From Eledone cirrhosa (lineage: Eukaryota): 64,000 nucleotides of DNA. Below the pieces are notes generated by a model. It did no database searches, was not told where the DNA came from, and saw only the letters and a program-made list of their open reading frames with translations. This document shows positions 40,945 to 54,924 of the stretch, piece by piece (within the stretch, counting starts at the first letter, position 1; each line of letters opens with the position of its first letter). A program made the position numbers and the translations under genes. The DNA lies in the NCBI GenBank assembly GCA_964016885.1, contig OZ024744.1, positions 83,638,001 through 83,702,000 of the forward strand. Direction: 5' to 3'.

Positions 40945-43900
40945 CAGGCTGATGTAGAGAGAAGGCCCATTCACACGGGCCATTCTCCCCACTTTCACCC
41001 ACCTTTCATAAAACTGGCTGGGGGTTGAGCACCTCTCTCTCCATCCTGATCCTTCTTCCGAAATGATATCGGAAGAAAAGGACCAGTTATTGGCCGGAGA
41101 GAAAGGTGTCCGACCTTAGTCCTTTCAAACGCGTCCACCATACAAATTCTTTCACCATGGCTATTACACAGGGGAAGACCGACTCTCCTTCGTTTTTGAA
41201 GGGGGGAGGTGGTTTGATCGTAACAATGGACTCGGTGGTCAACTAGATTTGTTCCACCCGTGACAGCAGTCGTTCTACATCGCCCCGACAGGTCGGCAAC
41301 GCCCGGGCAGTGTACCAATGCGTGCGCGACGCTTTCCTCGTCGCGCACGCATCTCGGACAGATCTTTTTCGAAGGCTCCCTACCAGGGCGCCCGTGTCTG
41401 TAGAGCTTGTCTGGAACGGACAGAGACCCACGGTAGCACTGCCAGGCTAGGACCTCTGGAAATTGTCCATCGGTCCCAGGCGGAAGGTCCTACCGAACAG
41501 GCTGGCTAGTTCTTCCTCCTTCCTGCATAGGGCTTCTCCGAGGGCGTCGTCGTACCTGCTGCTGACCAACCCTCTATAGAATGTTGAGGTGGAGACTCCA
41601 CTGATAGCTGGGTCTGCCTGCCAGAGAGCCGTGAGCGTCAGAGCACACTCTGTGTGCCAGGCGCCAAGTTTTCTCGGTCTTTGCTTGACCCAGGATTGCA
41701 GCTCGGTAAGCGAGACGAGTCTCGGAAAGGCTCGCCTCACAAACGGGGCCCACACCGGTTGGCCGGTGAAGAATACCTGGAGGTGGCGTAGCCTCAATGC
41801 ATATTTACGCATCTGCAGCCACGGCATCCCCAGCCCTCCATTCGAATGGTGTTTACAGCAGATGGATCTCCTCGCCAAAAGAGGCCGCTTCTTCCAAAGG
41901 AATTGTAAGAGTGCGCGCTCCATTTTGGTGAGCGTTTCACCTGGGCAAGGCACGGCAGTCAAGCGGTAATAGATGACGGACGCTATATAAGTGTTCGCCA
42001 CCTCCGCCCAACTTTTCAGGGATAGTTCGAACTCGGCCCACTTCTGGGCCAGTGCAAACACCCTGTTCGTTACCTCACCCCAGTTCTTCTCCACCTGGAA
42101 GTCTGGTCCGAGCCAAACCCCGAGCAGCTTCACCGGACCCTCTGTCCAGCGTCCGTCAGCGGGCACAGTTTGCCTCTCCACGCGCCGAGTTGCAAACCGA
42201 CGGACTTGTCCCGGTTCAGCTTCGCCCCTCTAAACATTTCATATTCCTCCAGTAAGGTGCCGATCGCCCCGATTTCCGAGGTAGTCGACATCATTACTGT
42301 CACGTCATCGGAGTAGGCCAACACCGCTTTCCGCAATCCCGGTTCAAAGGGAAAGCACTGCAACAACTCCAACTTCCGCAGGAGTGGCTCGAGAGCCAGC
42401 ACATACAGAAGGGAGTAGATAGGGCATCCCTGTGGGATGGACCGCGCGTTTTGGAACGGCTCCGAGAGGTAGCCGTTCACCTTGACCCGCGAGCAGATGC
42501 GGCTCCTGTGCATGGCAGAAATCCAGCCCTGAAAACTGGTTCGAAACCTGCCGCCGCTAGCACCGCATCCAGGTAACCATGGTCGACCCTATCGAGCGCC
42601 TTAGATTGATCCAAGTTTATTAGGGCCCCACCAAAGCCGGGTTCATTCCCTACCATCTCTATGATGCATCGCATGAGGTGGACGTTGTTGTGAATGGACC
42701 TGGACGGGATAGTGCATGTCTGCGCATCTCCCACCATGTTGCTCACGACAAGCGCCAACCTCTTGGCCAAAATCTTTAACTCCGCATTTAGCAGAGTTAT
42801 GGGCCTGGTATTACATATTTAATTCCCCTTGTTCTCGTCCTTCCTCATTAGCGATTCTACGCCCTTGGCCACAGAACAGTGAATTCTCCCTTCTGATGCC
42901 AGTTGGAGTAGACCCCTCGAGGAGATCGGAGAAAAAGTCCGGCATCGCTACATAAAGTTCGTATGGAAGACCATCGAGACCCGGGATTTACGTTTGCCGC
43001 ATTGACTCAGCACGTCCCCTATTTCAGCAGCTGAAATCGGCCTTTCGCAGGACTTCGCCTCCTCGTTTGAAAGACGCGGTAGGCCGTCGAGGTATGGACC
43101 GAAATCCACACCCCCATGCGGCCCCCCGCCCCTCCCGAACAGTCGTGCAAAGTGCCTTTGAAAGGCCTCACACATCTGTCCAGTTTCAAGGATCACTCGT
43201 CCATCCTGGTCCTTCAAAGACCGGATAGTGGATTTAATCCCACTTTTGGATTCTGTCACGCGGGCCCATTCTAACAGCTTTGGCCCCCTCGCTTCCTATT
43301 TTGCTTCTGACAACGCAGCCTTCGTTCTTCGCGTCGAAAAACTTGTCTAAGGCCGTTCTCGACGCTAGCACTCTGGCTACGTTGCCGCTTCTAATCGCTT
43401 CTTCTACTCTATCTACCAAATCCCTTTCCTTTCTATTCCTATCTCAGGCTAATTCCTTACTAGAACCTATCGTGACTACTATAATCTCTCTCTTGAGAGA
43501 GCCCCACCACCTGCTGTTGACAATAGCACCCATTCAACTGTTCCTTAACTAAAGCGCTAATCCGATCCCTGTAAGCTTTACTTGCCGGTAAGGACAAGTT
43601 CAGCTTCCAGTAACCGGGTCCCTGTCTATGCGTTCTATCAAGGTTGACTAAGCAGGTCACTAATTTGTGATCTGAATAGCCCACCATGCGCATCTATGGA
43701 CAACTTACTAGGTCCCTATCCTTATTTCTAACTAGGACCCTATCTAGGCACGACCTAGATGATCCGCCGAGGTTAGTCCAAGTCCAGGTTGGCGCAGTCG
43801 GAAAATCTAGTTGATATCTTTCGGCCAGGTCAAATCGGCCGATTAACTGTTTGAGGCTGTTACACCCTCCTCTATCGGGATATACCCCTACATAGTCCCA

Positions 43901-44348
43901 ACGTGCATCTAGGATACCATTCCAGTCCCAAACTAAAAGCAAGGAGCGGGACGTCCCTAGAAAAGTCTCCAGACGTTGGAAGAAGTCCGGCATCGCTGCA
44001 CCCAAAAGGGGCATAGGCGGCGACCAGCCTAAAGGCTCCACCTTCATCACTGCCAACATCTAGTACCCGCAGTCGACACTCCGGATCCAAGTGCACCGTC
44101 TGCGTTGCGAGTCCCAGGTGTTTTTGCAGCAGAACGACAACCCCACCCCCACCTCCTGACTGACAGAGAGATGCATAGATCTCAAAGTCGTTAAAGGTGG
44201 GGGCTAGCTGGCGCTCGCTGCTGACCCTTGACTCGCAAATAGCCATGACACTTATACTGTGCGACCTGAGGTCATTTAGAAATTTTGCCTGCTTCCAAGG
44301 TGAGCTCAGGCCACGCGCAATCAAACATCCTACTCTCAATACAGCCAT
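40945..44348 (-). pseudogene. LINE ORF2 (AP endonuclease + reverse transcriptase), frameshifted
   Basis: VGCLIARGL, AICES, WDWNGIL, TWTN..SRSCLDRVLV, YSDHKLV, GPGYWKLN, LDQSKALDRVDH, PQGCP..LALEPLL, AYSDDVTV, GGLGMP, ESVAHALVHCP. Confidence 0.92.
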
Positions 44349-44619
44349 GTTGGCGGCGAAGGGGAAGAAAAAGAAATCACCTATCTCCTTATGTCCCGGG
44401 GACCGGGATGCACAACTTCCATAGGGATGAAGGATGGGTTGTTGGGTGGTGGTTTGTGGTGGTGTGTGAACATCAGAGTGTTGTAGGGTTTGGGGGTTTG
44501 GTGTGGTGTGGGTGTCTGGTGGGGGTGGTGAAAGTTATCAAGAGGACGCGGTTCTTTGGTTTTACACAGGGGGCGAGGGCACCTCCTCAGGAAAATTGTC
44601 TTTTAGTTCTACATAAATG

Positions 44620-46199
44620 TCTATCGGAGTTTTAATCATTTTTAAAGAGGGGTTCTCTGTGTCCCTCATGAAATTTGGCCCTTCGGTTTGTACCGAAGGG
44701 TTTTGTTCAATGTTGTTCACAAATTTTATATTTTTTGTGTTGAAGTATGTGTATAGTTGTGTCTGTGTAATTTTTGTTGGTTTTTGTTCAGTATTTCTTT
44801 GTGTTTTGTTTTGGGGAGGGGTTATTTTTCTTTGTGTGGGTGCGGCGTGTTTTCTTTTTTTCGCTTTATTTTTTGGAAGGGTTCTCCCTCGTCTTCTGAC
44901 GTTAAGGGATCCTCTTCCATGTTGGGGGGAGGTATATTTTGGGGTTTTGTTATGTATGTTGTTGGAGTTGTTTTAGTTGGGAGGGGTTGGGTGAGACCGT
45001 GTTCAGTTTTTTGTTGACTTGTTGTGTTTGTCGTTGTGGGGGGGGGGGTATTTGGAGGTGTTTGCAGTAAAGGTTTTTTAGTTTGTTGAGGACAGGCAGC
45101 CCTCAGGTGACCTCTGCCTCCACAGAGGTAGCAAGCGGGTCGCCTACTCTCAACTGCAATGTCCATAAATTGGGAGCCTTCTAGGGACATTCTTTGGGGT
45201 ATCTTTGCGATACGTTCTGGTTTCATTCGAATCAGAACCTGCATGCCTATACCGCCAAAGTGGCCCTGGTGGCTTTGCCTATATCAAGGAGTTCATCTTC
45301 ATCGTCCAGTATCTCTCCTAGTATCCACCACATATTTGTATTTGTGTGTATACAGGAGATAGTTATTTTTTGAGTTTTCCTCCCCATGTAGGTGGGGAAG
45401 AAAATGTACTGTTTGGACACAATTGGCGACACCGAGTATTTTTGGGCCACAAATTGGTCCTTCATCAAAATTACAAGACTCCTATATAACTTCCCTCTCT
45501 CAATAAAAAATAATGTCCTTCAACGCGTCTTTTAACACCAGCTCAATTTCGCTATACGATAATTGAGATGGTTTTTTCGACGCATTTGATATAGTTCTAA
45601 AATTAATTGTCCTTAGGACCGTGTCTCTTTTAATATCCTTGGGGGAGATTATGGTAGATTCACCGTTTTCACCAAAGCTCACCTGTTTTCTCTCCTCCTT
45701 TAGCAATTCCGCTGCATTACTGATGTTAACTGGGGTGAAAGTTTCGGTCTCCTTAACGACCTGGTCAAAGGATATTCGTGTTGTGGGGCCTTTTTTTGTG
45801 TGTTTCGTTGCTGTTGTTCTTGTTTTCTTGGGTGTTTGCGTTTTGGTTGTTGTTGTTTGCGGTACAGTTTTGGTTTTTTTTACCCATTTGTTCGTGTTTT
45901 GAGTTCACATTTATGTTGTTTTCTTTGTCATTGTTGCTGCTGTTTTCGCTTTTGTGTGTGTTTGTGTTATTTTCTTTGTTATTTGTGTTGGTGTTGTTGG
46001 TGTCAGTGTAATTTATACATTCTTTCAATTTACTGTTTCCATTGTTTGGGTTATTACCCAAGTTTTTACAATTGTTCGCCAAATTCACTTCCATACTCGC
46101 ATCCGAAAGCGAGAGAAAGGAATCTTTAGTAGGTTGAGTTACTTGTTCCTCTTTATCACTTTCCCGGAGGGGGGGGGGGCGTGTCAGTGGTGTTTTCAT
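44620..46199 (-). pseudogene. LINE ORF1 (gag-like zinc knuckle), disrupted
   Basis: RRPACYLCGGRGHLRAACP; low-complexity N/K/T-rich flanks. Confidence 0.8.
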
Positions 46200-46414
46200 G
46201 TATGGTGTCCATTATTGTAAGTTGGTATACAAATTTTTCAAAGTAGTTTTTACCCCCAAAAAGGGGTAAAAATAAAATAACCACCTGTCTGCAAGTCCAG
46301 GCGGGAGGTTAGTTTACACAAGTAAAACAAATGAAACACAAACTCACAGTCAAAAACGTAATACAAATCCAAAAAGGCTGCAGGCGAAGTAACACACGTC
46401 TACTTATTATCAAC

Positions 46415-46447
<33 letters not shown>

Positions 46448-46450
46448 GTG

Positions 46451-46496
<46 letters not shown>

Positions 46497-46498
<2 letters not shown>

Positions 46499-47976
46499 TT
46501 ATTTGCCACAAGGGCGCCTCAAGAAAAGGGTACACTACAAAGACACATGCCGGGGATATTACATACAGTCGTGTAAAAATATTGAAACAAATAATCATAA
46601 CAATCGAAATCCCCAATAGGGGGGAAGCGCCATAAATGGGTTGTTTAACCTTTTAATGTTCAAACCGGCCAAAACCGGCCAGAATTCACTACCTTTTTCT
46701 GTTGAAACTGGCTGTAACTGGTCACTCAAACTGATGTTAAGGTATTGTTCTCAAAATAAATACTTTAAAATCTCATAGATTCGATATTATGTGAGATAAT
46801 TATGTGAGATAAAGCATTTACCATGAAAATATAATAGTATATATAGAGTAATGTGAATGCTAAAGGGTTAATACACCGTCGATAGAACAACCCTCAACTT
46901 CAGGAGCGTGTTGTTCAAGTGACCCTTTCTTCCTTTTGCTCTCTTCTTTAACCTACAGGCTTATAAACAGAGAGGGCTCAATCACTCGTGCCATTTTCGC
47001 TTTATTCACCCACCTTTCAGTAAATTTACTGGGGTGCAGTGCCTCTTTCTCCACTCTGATTCTCCTTCTAAAGTGATACTTAAAGAAGGGAATCAATTGT
47101 TGTCCGGAGAGAAAGGCATCTATCCTCAGTCCTCTGAATCTCGTCCACCATATAACTTCTTTCACCATAGCCACTCTTTCGTTTTTGAAAGAGGCTGGCG
47201 GTTTGATCCTTACTATGGACTCGGCAGTCAACTGAATGTGTCCAATACGCGACAGCTGTTCTTCTGCATAGTTCCACAGGTCACTTACGCCCGGGCGTAT
47301 GTGACCTGTGGAACTATGTAAGTGTACAACTTCGTGCAAGACGGTTTCAATGTACTGCTCGCATCTTGGACACGTCCTCTTGGTAGGATCCCTGCCGGGG
47401 CGTCCGTGCCTGTAGATCTTATCTCGAATGGGGAGAGCTCCCCGGTAGCGCTGCCAGGCCAGGGAGCACTGGAAGTTGTCCATAGGTCCCGGGCGGAAAC
47501 TCCTACCGAACAGACTGGTGAGCTCGTCGTCTTCGACGACTAGAGTCTCCCCGAGTTCATCGTCGCACTTGTAAAGTACTAACCCTCTATAGAATGTCGA
47601 AGTGGAGTCTCCACTGATTGCTGTGCCCGCTTGATAGAGGACAGTGAGCGCCTGGGCGCATTCAATGTGCCAGGCGCCCATCTTCTTCGGTCTTCGCTTC
47701 ACCCAAGACTGCAGCTCCGTCAGCGAGACAAGTTGTGGGAAGGCGTGTCTCACAAACGGTGCCCACACCGGTTGGTCAGTGAGGAATACCTGGAGATGCC
47801 GTAGCCTCAGCCCATGTTTGCACATCATTAGCCACGGCATGCCCAGCCTTCCGTTGGAAGAGTGCTGACAGCAGACGGATCTCCTCACCAGTGAAGCCTG
47901 CTTCTTCCACAGGAACTGGAAGAGCATGCGTTCCATCTTGGTGAGGTATTCACGGGGACAAGGCAGGACAGTCAAG
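46497..47976 (-). mobile_element. 5'-truncated second Tx1/L1-like copy (ORF2 C-terminus 46953-47975)
   Basis: Protein clearly homologous to 41447-42181; CPRC..ETVLH; same 3' end GTGGCAAATAA; GATA repeats both sides. Confidence 0.9.
46645..46871. mobile_element. piggyBac-like MITE inserted in the LINE 3' UTR
   Basis: TTAA-CCTTTTAATGTTC ... GAATGCTAAAGGG-TTAA imperfect TIRs with TTAA duplication. Confidence 0.65.
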
Positions 47977-48014
47977 GGATAGATAGATAGACAGACAGCC
48001 AGACAGATTGATTT

Positions 48015-48057
<43 letters not shown>

Positions 48058-48058
<1 letters not shown>

Positions 48059-48162
48059 ATTTCTTTATTTACCATAAAGGCATAACAAGAAGGGACAAAT
48101 ACAAAGGGGGAGTTTACATACAATCGAGTAAAAAGGGTATAAAATGAAAATAATCGAAAAAT
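48058..48162 (-). mobile_element. Third, very short 3'-end copy of the Tx1/L1-like LINE
   Basis: TTTATTTACCATAAAGGCATAA..CAAATACAAAGGGGGAG..TTACATACAA..CGAGTA similar to 40715-40825; embedded in (GATA)n. Confidence 0.7.
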
Positions 48163-48208
<46 letters not shown>

Positions 48209-48629
48209 GGATAGATAAATAGATAGATAGATAGATAAATAGAATTTATGTGTATAATGTTATATACGGTATACCATACATCGGTAGAGGGTCAGACACC
48301 ATGGTTTCCAGCATATTTACGTCCCTTTAAAGTCCGAGTTCAAAGTCGCCGTGGTTAACTTTGCCTTTCACTCTTACGGGAATCGATATGATAAAGTACC
48401 AGTAATTCACTGGTTTAATTGATGGCTTTGTGCCAAAAGTAAAAACAATTATATTAAATGAAATTTCCAACATGATTTTCAATGCTCATTCAATAGACAG
48501 TCTCAAGTTCATATATTATCTTCTTTAAATAGGTTGTTGTTACAGTTGTTATTGTTGATAGGAATATATTTTAAAGAATTTTTTAAAAATTTCCGACATT
48601 TTGCTCCCAATCTATTGTTATCTTATCTC

Positions 48630-48891
48630 ACCATTTCTGTTTCTCTCTCAGTCTCTCAGTCTCTCTCAATCTCTCACAGTCTCTCTCAAGCTCTCTCAGT
48701 CTCTCTCAGTCTCTCTCTTTCCCTCTTTCTCAGTCACTCAGGATCTCTCTCTCTCTCTCACTCTCTTTCTCTCATTCCCTCTCTGTCTCTCTCTGTCCTT
48801 CTCGCTCTCAGTCTCTCTCTGTCGCTCCCTCTCTCTCTCTCTCAGTCTCACAGTATCTCTCTCTCTTCCTCCCTATCCCTCTCTCTCCCTA

Positions 48892-48927
<36 letters not shown>

Positions 48928-49320
48928 CACTCCTTTCCCACTCACCTCTCTTCTCTTTCTCTTTTCACTCCTCTCCTCTCTTTCTCACTGCTCTCTATCC
49001 ATCTGTTTCACTCTCTCAACTCTCTCCATTCCTCTCTCACACTTCTCTCTTTCTCTCCTCTCTCCTCACCCCTCTCTCCCCATCTCTCCCAGCCTTTCCT
49101 TTCTCTCCCCTACAAACATTTTCTCAATTTAATTAATTTATATTTGACTACATTAATCAAGTTATCTATACTAAAATCTACTTCTCTATTTTTCCCTCAA
49201 CCTTTCTCTGTCTGACTCTCTGCCTGTCTGTCTGTCTGTCTGTCTGATTGACTGACTGTCTCGCTCTACTACTCTCTTTCTCTCTCACCCTTTCTTCCTC
49301 TCTCTTTCTCCACCTTCTCT
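48630..49320. repeat. CT-rich low-complexity tract
   Basis: Degenerate (CT)n; source of the spurious 200-aa S/L ORFs. Confidence 0.9.
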
Positions 49321-49349
49321 CTTTATATATATATATATATGTATGTATA

Positions 49350-49399
<50 letters not shown>

Positions 49400-49431
49400 A
49401 ATGTGTGTATATATATATATGTATATATATA

Positions 49432-49488
<57 letters not shown>

Positions 49489-49586
49489 ATGTATATGTAT
49501 ATACATATATATATATATATATATATAAATGAAAATAGAGAAATTAATGTGAGCAAGAAGCCAACAGTGTTTCATAATATATAAGT

Positions 49587-49630
<44 letters not shown>

Positions 49631-49641
49631 TATACACACAC

Positions 49642-49727
<86 letters not shown>

Positions 49728-49976
49728 CATACATATACATATAGAAAGAGAGAAGGAGTGAAGGCGCGTGGCTGAATGGTTGTGAGATTGTGAGTTCGAT
49801 TCCTGGACCGGGCGATATCGTTATGTCCTTGAGCAAGATACTTTATTTCACGTTGCTCCTTCTACCTGGAGTTGCGACCGATAGATAGTATTAGCAATTG
49901 GAAAGACAAACGCAAACATTATTTCCTCGGTCCGATTTGATGAAAATCGATCGATTGTCGATATATATATATATAT

Positions 49977-50501
49977 ATTGTTATACTTTGGGTGGGTCAT
50001 GTTGCCAATAAGAAACACACGCACCAGTATTTTTCACTCCAATTTATTATAAATAAAAAAAAAATTTTTTTTCTTTTCAAAAAATTTATAAATTTCCGGA
50101 CGTTTGTTCATATATTGTCAAACTTCTTTCGTCACACCTTCTATGACCTCTTCAGATTCTTTTCTTTGTTTTGTGGCTCTCCAAGATGGCGTAGAACAGA
50201 ACAAATGAGAGGCACAAAAAAAAAAGAAAATAATCCCCACTCACTGAAGAAGTCACAGAATGTGTGACGAAAGAACTTTGACAATATATGAACAACCGTC
50301 CGGTTGTGAAACCAACCAGCCAACCGGAAATTTATAAATTTAAAAAAAAAATTAAAAAAATGTTTTTTTAAAATTTATAATATATTGGAGTGAAACATAG
50401 AGTGCGTGTGTTTCTTATTGGCAACATGACCCACCTAAAGTATAACAATATCGGTTACAACACACGTTTTCAGATAAAGAATCTTGCTAAATTCAGAAAC
50501 G

Positions 50502-50503
<2 letters not shown>
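49977..50503. mobile_element. PLE family B inverted pLTR pair with right tail
   Basis: Hammerhead cores 50127-50155(-) and 50244-50272(+). Confidence 0.85.
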
Positions 50504-50551
<48 letters not shown>

Positions 50552-50981
50552 CAAATATGTTATGAAATACTGTTAGCTTCTCGCTAAAACAATTTCTATA
50601 CCTTTCATTTATATATATATATATATATATATGTATATGTGTGTGTGTGCGCACGCGCGCGCGTGTGTGTGTGTATGTGTGCGTGTGTGTGTGTGTCTGT
50701 ATGTGTTTGAATACAACTAAATGTTCTATACTAAAAATGTGTTGTACCTATTGTCTGTCACTTTAACAATTTCACTAACCACATATATGATTCTTTCCGT
50801 TATTTCCATAATTTCTATATTTTCTCCATCCCTCCATTTCTCTAAAATGTTCTTCACCTTTTTGTTTGTCTCCCTTCTTTTCTCTTTCTCCCCTTTTCCC
50901 TACCTCTCTTCTTCTTTTTCCCCTCCTCTCTCTCTCTTTTTCTCTGTAATATATATATATGTATGTATGTACACACACACA

Positions 50982-51069
<88 letters not shown>

Positions 51070-52250
51070 CGGGCGTGAACAGGTAAATAAGGTGTTCAAA
51101 TGCCGAGCTCAACTTTACCTTTGATTATTTCAGGGTTTAGCTGAGTTCTGGCCTGACGAGAAATGGGCTCCGACAGGTCTTAAATGTCTAAGATAGGCGG
51201 TATGTAGAGTCAGCGTACTTTCGACTACATCAAGATTTAATAGTTCGGTAACATGTTTTACATACGCTGATGTAAATAGCAATAGAAACTGCAAATGGTC
51301 GCGGCTTGTGATTTGTGGAGGCACATAAATATGAGGTTAAACGATTACAGATTCGCAACATCTATTGAATACGTGTTGAGTCCGAATGGATTCTGAATTA
51401 ATTATTTTGTACCCTTTATGTCGGAAGATATGAAAGCTAAGGCATAAGCTTTAATATTAGAGCTGTGAATAGAGGCCGGTGGATTGACAGTATCGGTAGA
51501 GGGTCGGATGCCATGCTTTGCAGCATAGAGTTACGCCCCTATATGATCTGAGTTCAAATGCCGCTGAGTTTAACTTTGCCTTTCATCCTTACGGGGTCGA
51601 TAAAATAAAGTACCAGTCACGTACTGGGGTCGATTTAATCGACTTTCCCCTCCCCCCAAAATTGTGGGCCTTGTGTCTATATTAGATCAATGAAGGCCCC
51701 ACTCGGTTACGAATGACCATGGTTTTGCACCAAGAAAGTTCCCTTCGAAGCACAAGTCTGTTTTGTGGAAGACCAGTTGTCACTCATGCATGCCAGTCTC
51801 CCCTCTTCACGCCACCGATATTGTCCAAAGCAATGAGAAGATACACCAGTGACGTCGCAACTCTACAACTGAGTAAACTGGATCAACAAAGTGCCTTGCT
51901 TAAGGACATAACGCATCATCCGGTCCGAGAATCGAACTCACAGCTTCTCAGTTGCAAGCCCAATGCTCTAACCACTAAGCCATGCACCTTAGATCTATAT
52001 TAGATCTTTATTTAAGTTAACAGAAGAATCTGTCCACCACTGCTTCGGTAATTGAACAGAGGGTTTCTATAGAAGTTTTTTTTAAATATTTTCCCCTAAC
52101 CACCCGAAAGCACCATATTTCCAACATTTATCATCCATGTTTCCTACGTAGTTTTCAATTATATTTTATTTTTAAATCGTCAATTAACTAGCGTTTGGAA
52201 AGTTCCTGATCAACCTTGTTTCGTAAGTTTGAAGCCAATGTTGATCTTTG

Positions 52251-52323
<73 letters not shown>

Positions 52324-52329
<6 letters not shown>

Positions 52330-52608
52330 GTTTGTATATGTATAATAAAGCCAAAACAATGCAGGTATGGACATAGAATAAAGAATGGTTTAACACTGGT
52401 TTAACCGCTTTACTTGCCTCCGAAGAAGAGATATTATCTCGAAAATTAAGGACATTTTAATAAATCTAAGGTAAAACACTAATTGTCAACAATATCTTTT
52501 GCATTTGCATTCTTTATTCTATGTCCATACCTGCATTGTTTTGGTTTTATTATACATATACAAACGTTTATACCTCATTACACAATGCTTCAAGTGAACT
52601 ATAACTTC
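52324..52608 (+). mobile_element. Short element with 64 bp inverted repeats (52324-52387 / 52508-52571), tail and hammerhead (52416-52453)
   Basis: GCCT-CCGAAGA-A-GAGAT-ATT-ATCTC-GAAAATTA-AGGAC. Confidence 0.7.
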
Positions 52609-52702
52609 CATATATATATATATATATATATATATTCTTACATACGTACAAACAAATATGAATATTGAAGCTAATGTCGAACTTTGCCTTATGAATATAT
52701 AC

Positions 52703-52749
<47 letters not shown>

Positions 52750-52782
52750 CATACAGACATACAGACATATATATACATAGAA

Positions 52783-52993
<211 letters not shown>

Positions 52994-53539
52994 TGTATGC
53001 ATGGCTGGATTGTCTTATTTCGGTCATAACCAACGTGACTTTTTAAGCAATTATGTATGCGTATTCGGTGTTACTTTACGAGGATAAAGAGTGATTTGGA
53101 TGTTATTTCTAACACATTCAACGACCATGTTGAAAACCCACCTTTGTATGTAGATATATTTGTTTTCTCTAACTTACAAAACAATTTTTTGTCTTGTTAT
53201 TCAATTTCCAACTGTTAGTTATACTGGAAGGAAATAGATGTACCTGGACAGATAAAGGCAAAAGAAAGCGAAATATCAATGGTGTCAGACTAAATAGATA
53301 AATAGATTAAAACGATATAGTAAGAATGGGAGTCGACATCGTGTGTAACAGGCAACCATGTGAGAAGACAGTGCAATATGAGGAAGGGTGGCTAGGAGGA
53401 AGGTATAGCATGAGTAGGAGAAATTTAAAGCACTATTCTACAATGGTGAGGTTAAGAGATTTGATGAAATGACTGCAGCATAGAGAGTAATCGAAAAAGT
53501 AAGTGAGAGCGAGAGAGTGAGAGAGAGAGAGAGAAATAG

Positions 53540-53570
<31 letters not shown>

Positions 53571-54096
53571 TAGAGAGAGAGGTGGGGCGGGTGGGGTGGT
53601 ATGGAACTGGTGGAATGTGTAGGAGAATGTGTAGAAAGGGTAAAGACAGAATTTCATTGTGAAAAAAAATGAAGGAATAAAAATATATAAATAGTTAGGA
53701 ATGGAGAAAATAACGTGGAATGCGAGTAAGTCAGTGAAAAATAATGATTTCTAATTTAGACACCAGGTCAGCCATTTTGAAGAGAAGATTGTATTAGTTA
53801 GAATGATCCTAGTACCTGAGCGGTACTTTATTTTATCGTCTCGCTGTCAGGTCATCTAGTGGTTTTCCATACAAAGTGACCCCAAACAAATGTTTCACAA
53901 TCATATGCGCACTAGCTGTTCAATAAGTAGGGACCGATCGATAAAATAAGAGGTAAACTGAAATATGTACTGGTGTCGATATGTTTAATTAAACTATAGA
54001 ATGGACATTGTCCGATGACTGATGCCAGTAGAATTACATATATACATACATTCATACACACACCCATACACACAAATGCACGCACACGCACACATG

Positions 54097-54147
<51 letters not shown>

Positions 54148-54149
54148 AT

Positions 54150-54604
54150 AAATGCTCTGAAATAGCGATATATATGTGAATATAGACATAGAATATTCGA
54201 AAATATTCTGTATGTTTATAATAAACATTTTGAAGACCTAATCGCTGTTTATTATAAACATACAGAATATTTTCGAATATTCTATGTCTATATTCACATA
54301 TATATCGCTATTTCAGAGCATTTATTCCAATTTCTAATTTCTGCCGGACCGGCAACCGCTCTTTCAAACCAGTTCCTGTACACAGCTAAGTATTCTATAA
54401 GTCTCTAGCTGTGTCATTCTCGATAAAAGCACTGGATATGTAGTCCTGAAGATTTCTAACAAGAATGAAACGCGTAGATTACTTCCCTTGCTTTTATCGA
54501 GAATCTAATTGTAATACGTGACGTATTCTATTCTATAGCGATTAGGTCTTCAAAATGTTTATTATAAACATACAGAATATTTTCGAATATTCTATGTCTA
54601 TATT

Positions 54605-54610
<6 letters not shown>
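54150..54610 (+). mobile_element. 310 bp hammerhead unit with terminal redundancy and inverted 5' piece
   Basis: Direct repeat at 54246 and 54556; inverted segment 54150-54245; (TA)n flanks. Confidence 0.8.
54418..54502 (+). ncRNA. Type I hammerhead ribozyme with extended stem I
   Basis: GTAGTC-CTGAAGA-T-TTCT-AACA-AGAA-T-GAAACGCGTA-GATTAC, enclosed by a 14 bp helix TCTCGATAAAAGCA/TGCTTTTATCGAGA. Confidence 0.8.
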
Positions 54611-54656
<46 letters not shown>

Positions 54657-54657
54657 C

Positions 54658-54696
<39 letters not shown>

Positions 54697-54924
54697 GGAA
54701 CGATCGACTTTCGTCAAATCGGACCGAGGGAACAATGTTTCCGTTGGTCTTTCCAATTGCTAATACTATCTATCGGTCGCAACTCCAGGTAGAAGGAGCA
54801 ACGTGAAATAAAGTGTCTTACTCAAGGACATAACGCATCACCTGGTCCAGGAATCGAACTCACAACCTTACGATTGCGAATCCAATTCCCTAACCACTCA
54901 GCCACACGCCTTCATATATATATA

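Larger units (their letters stand above)
40712..46392 (-). mobile_element. Full-length degenerate Tx1/L1-clade LINE in (GATA)n
   Basis: ORF1 with CCHC knuckle and ORF2 APE-RT-CCHC; AATAAA at the 3' end; GATA repeats both sides. Confidence 0.9.

Noticed and set aside
51125-51225. CTGACGA at 51153 in a (TA)n-adjacent element
   Set aside because: I could not pair it with a properly placed GAAA and stems.
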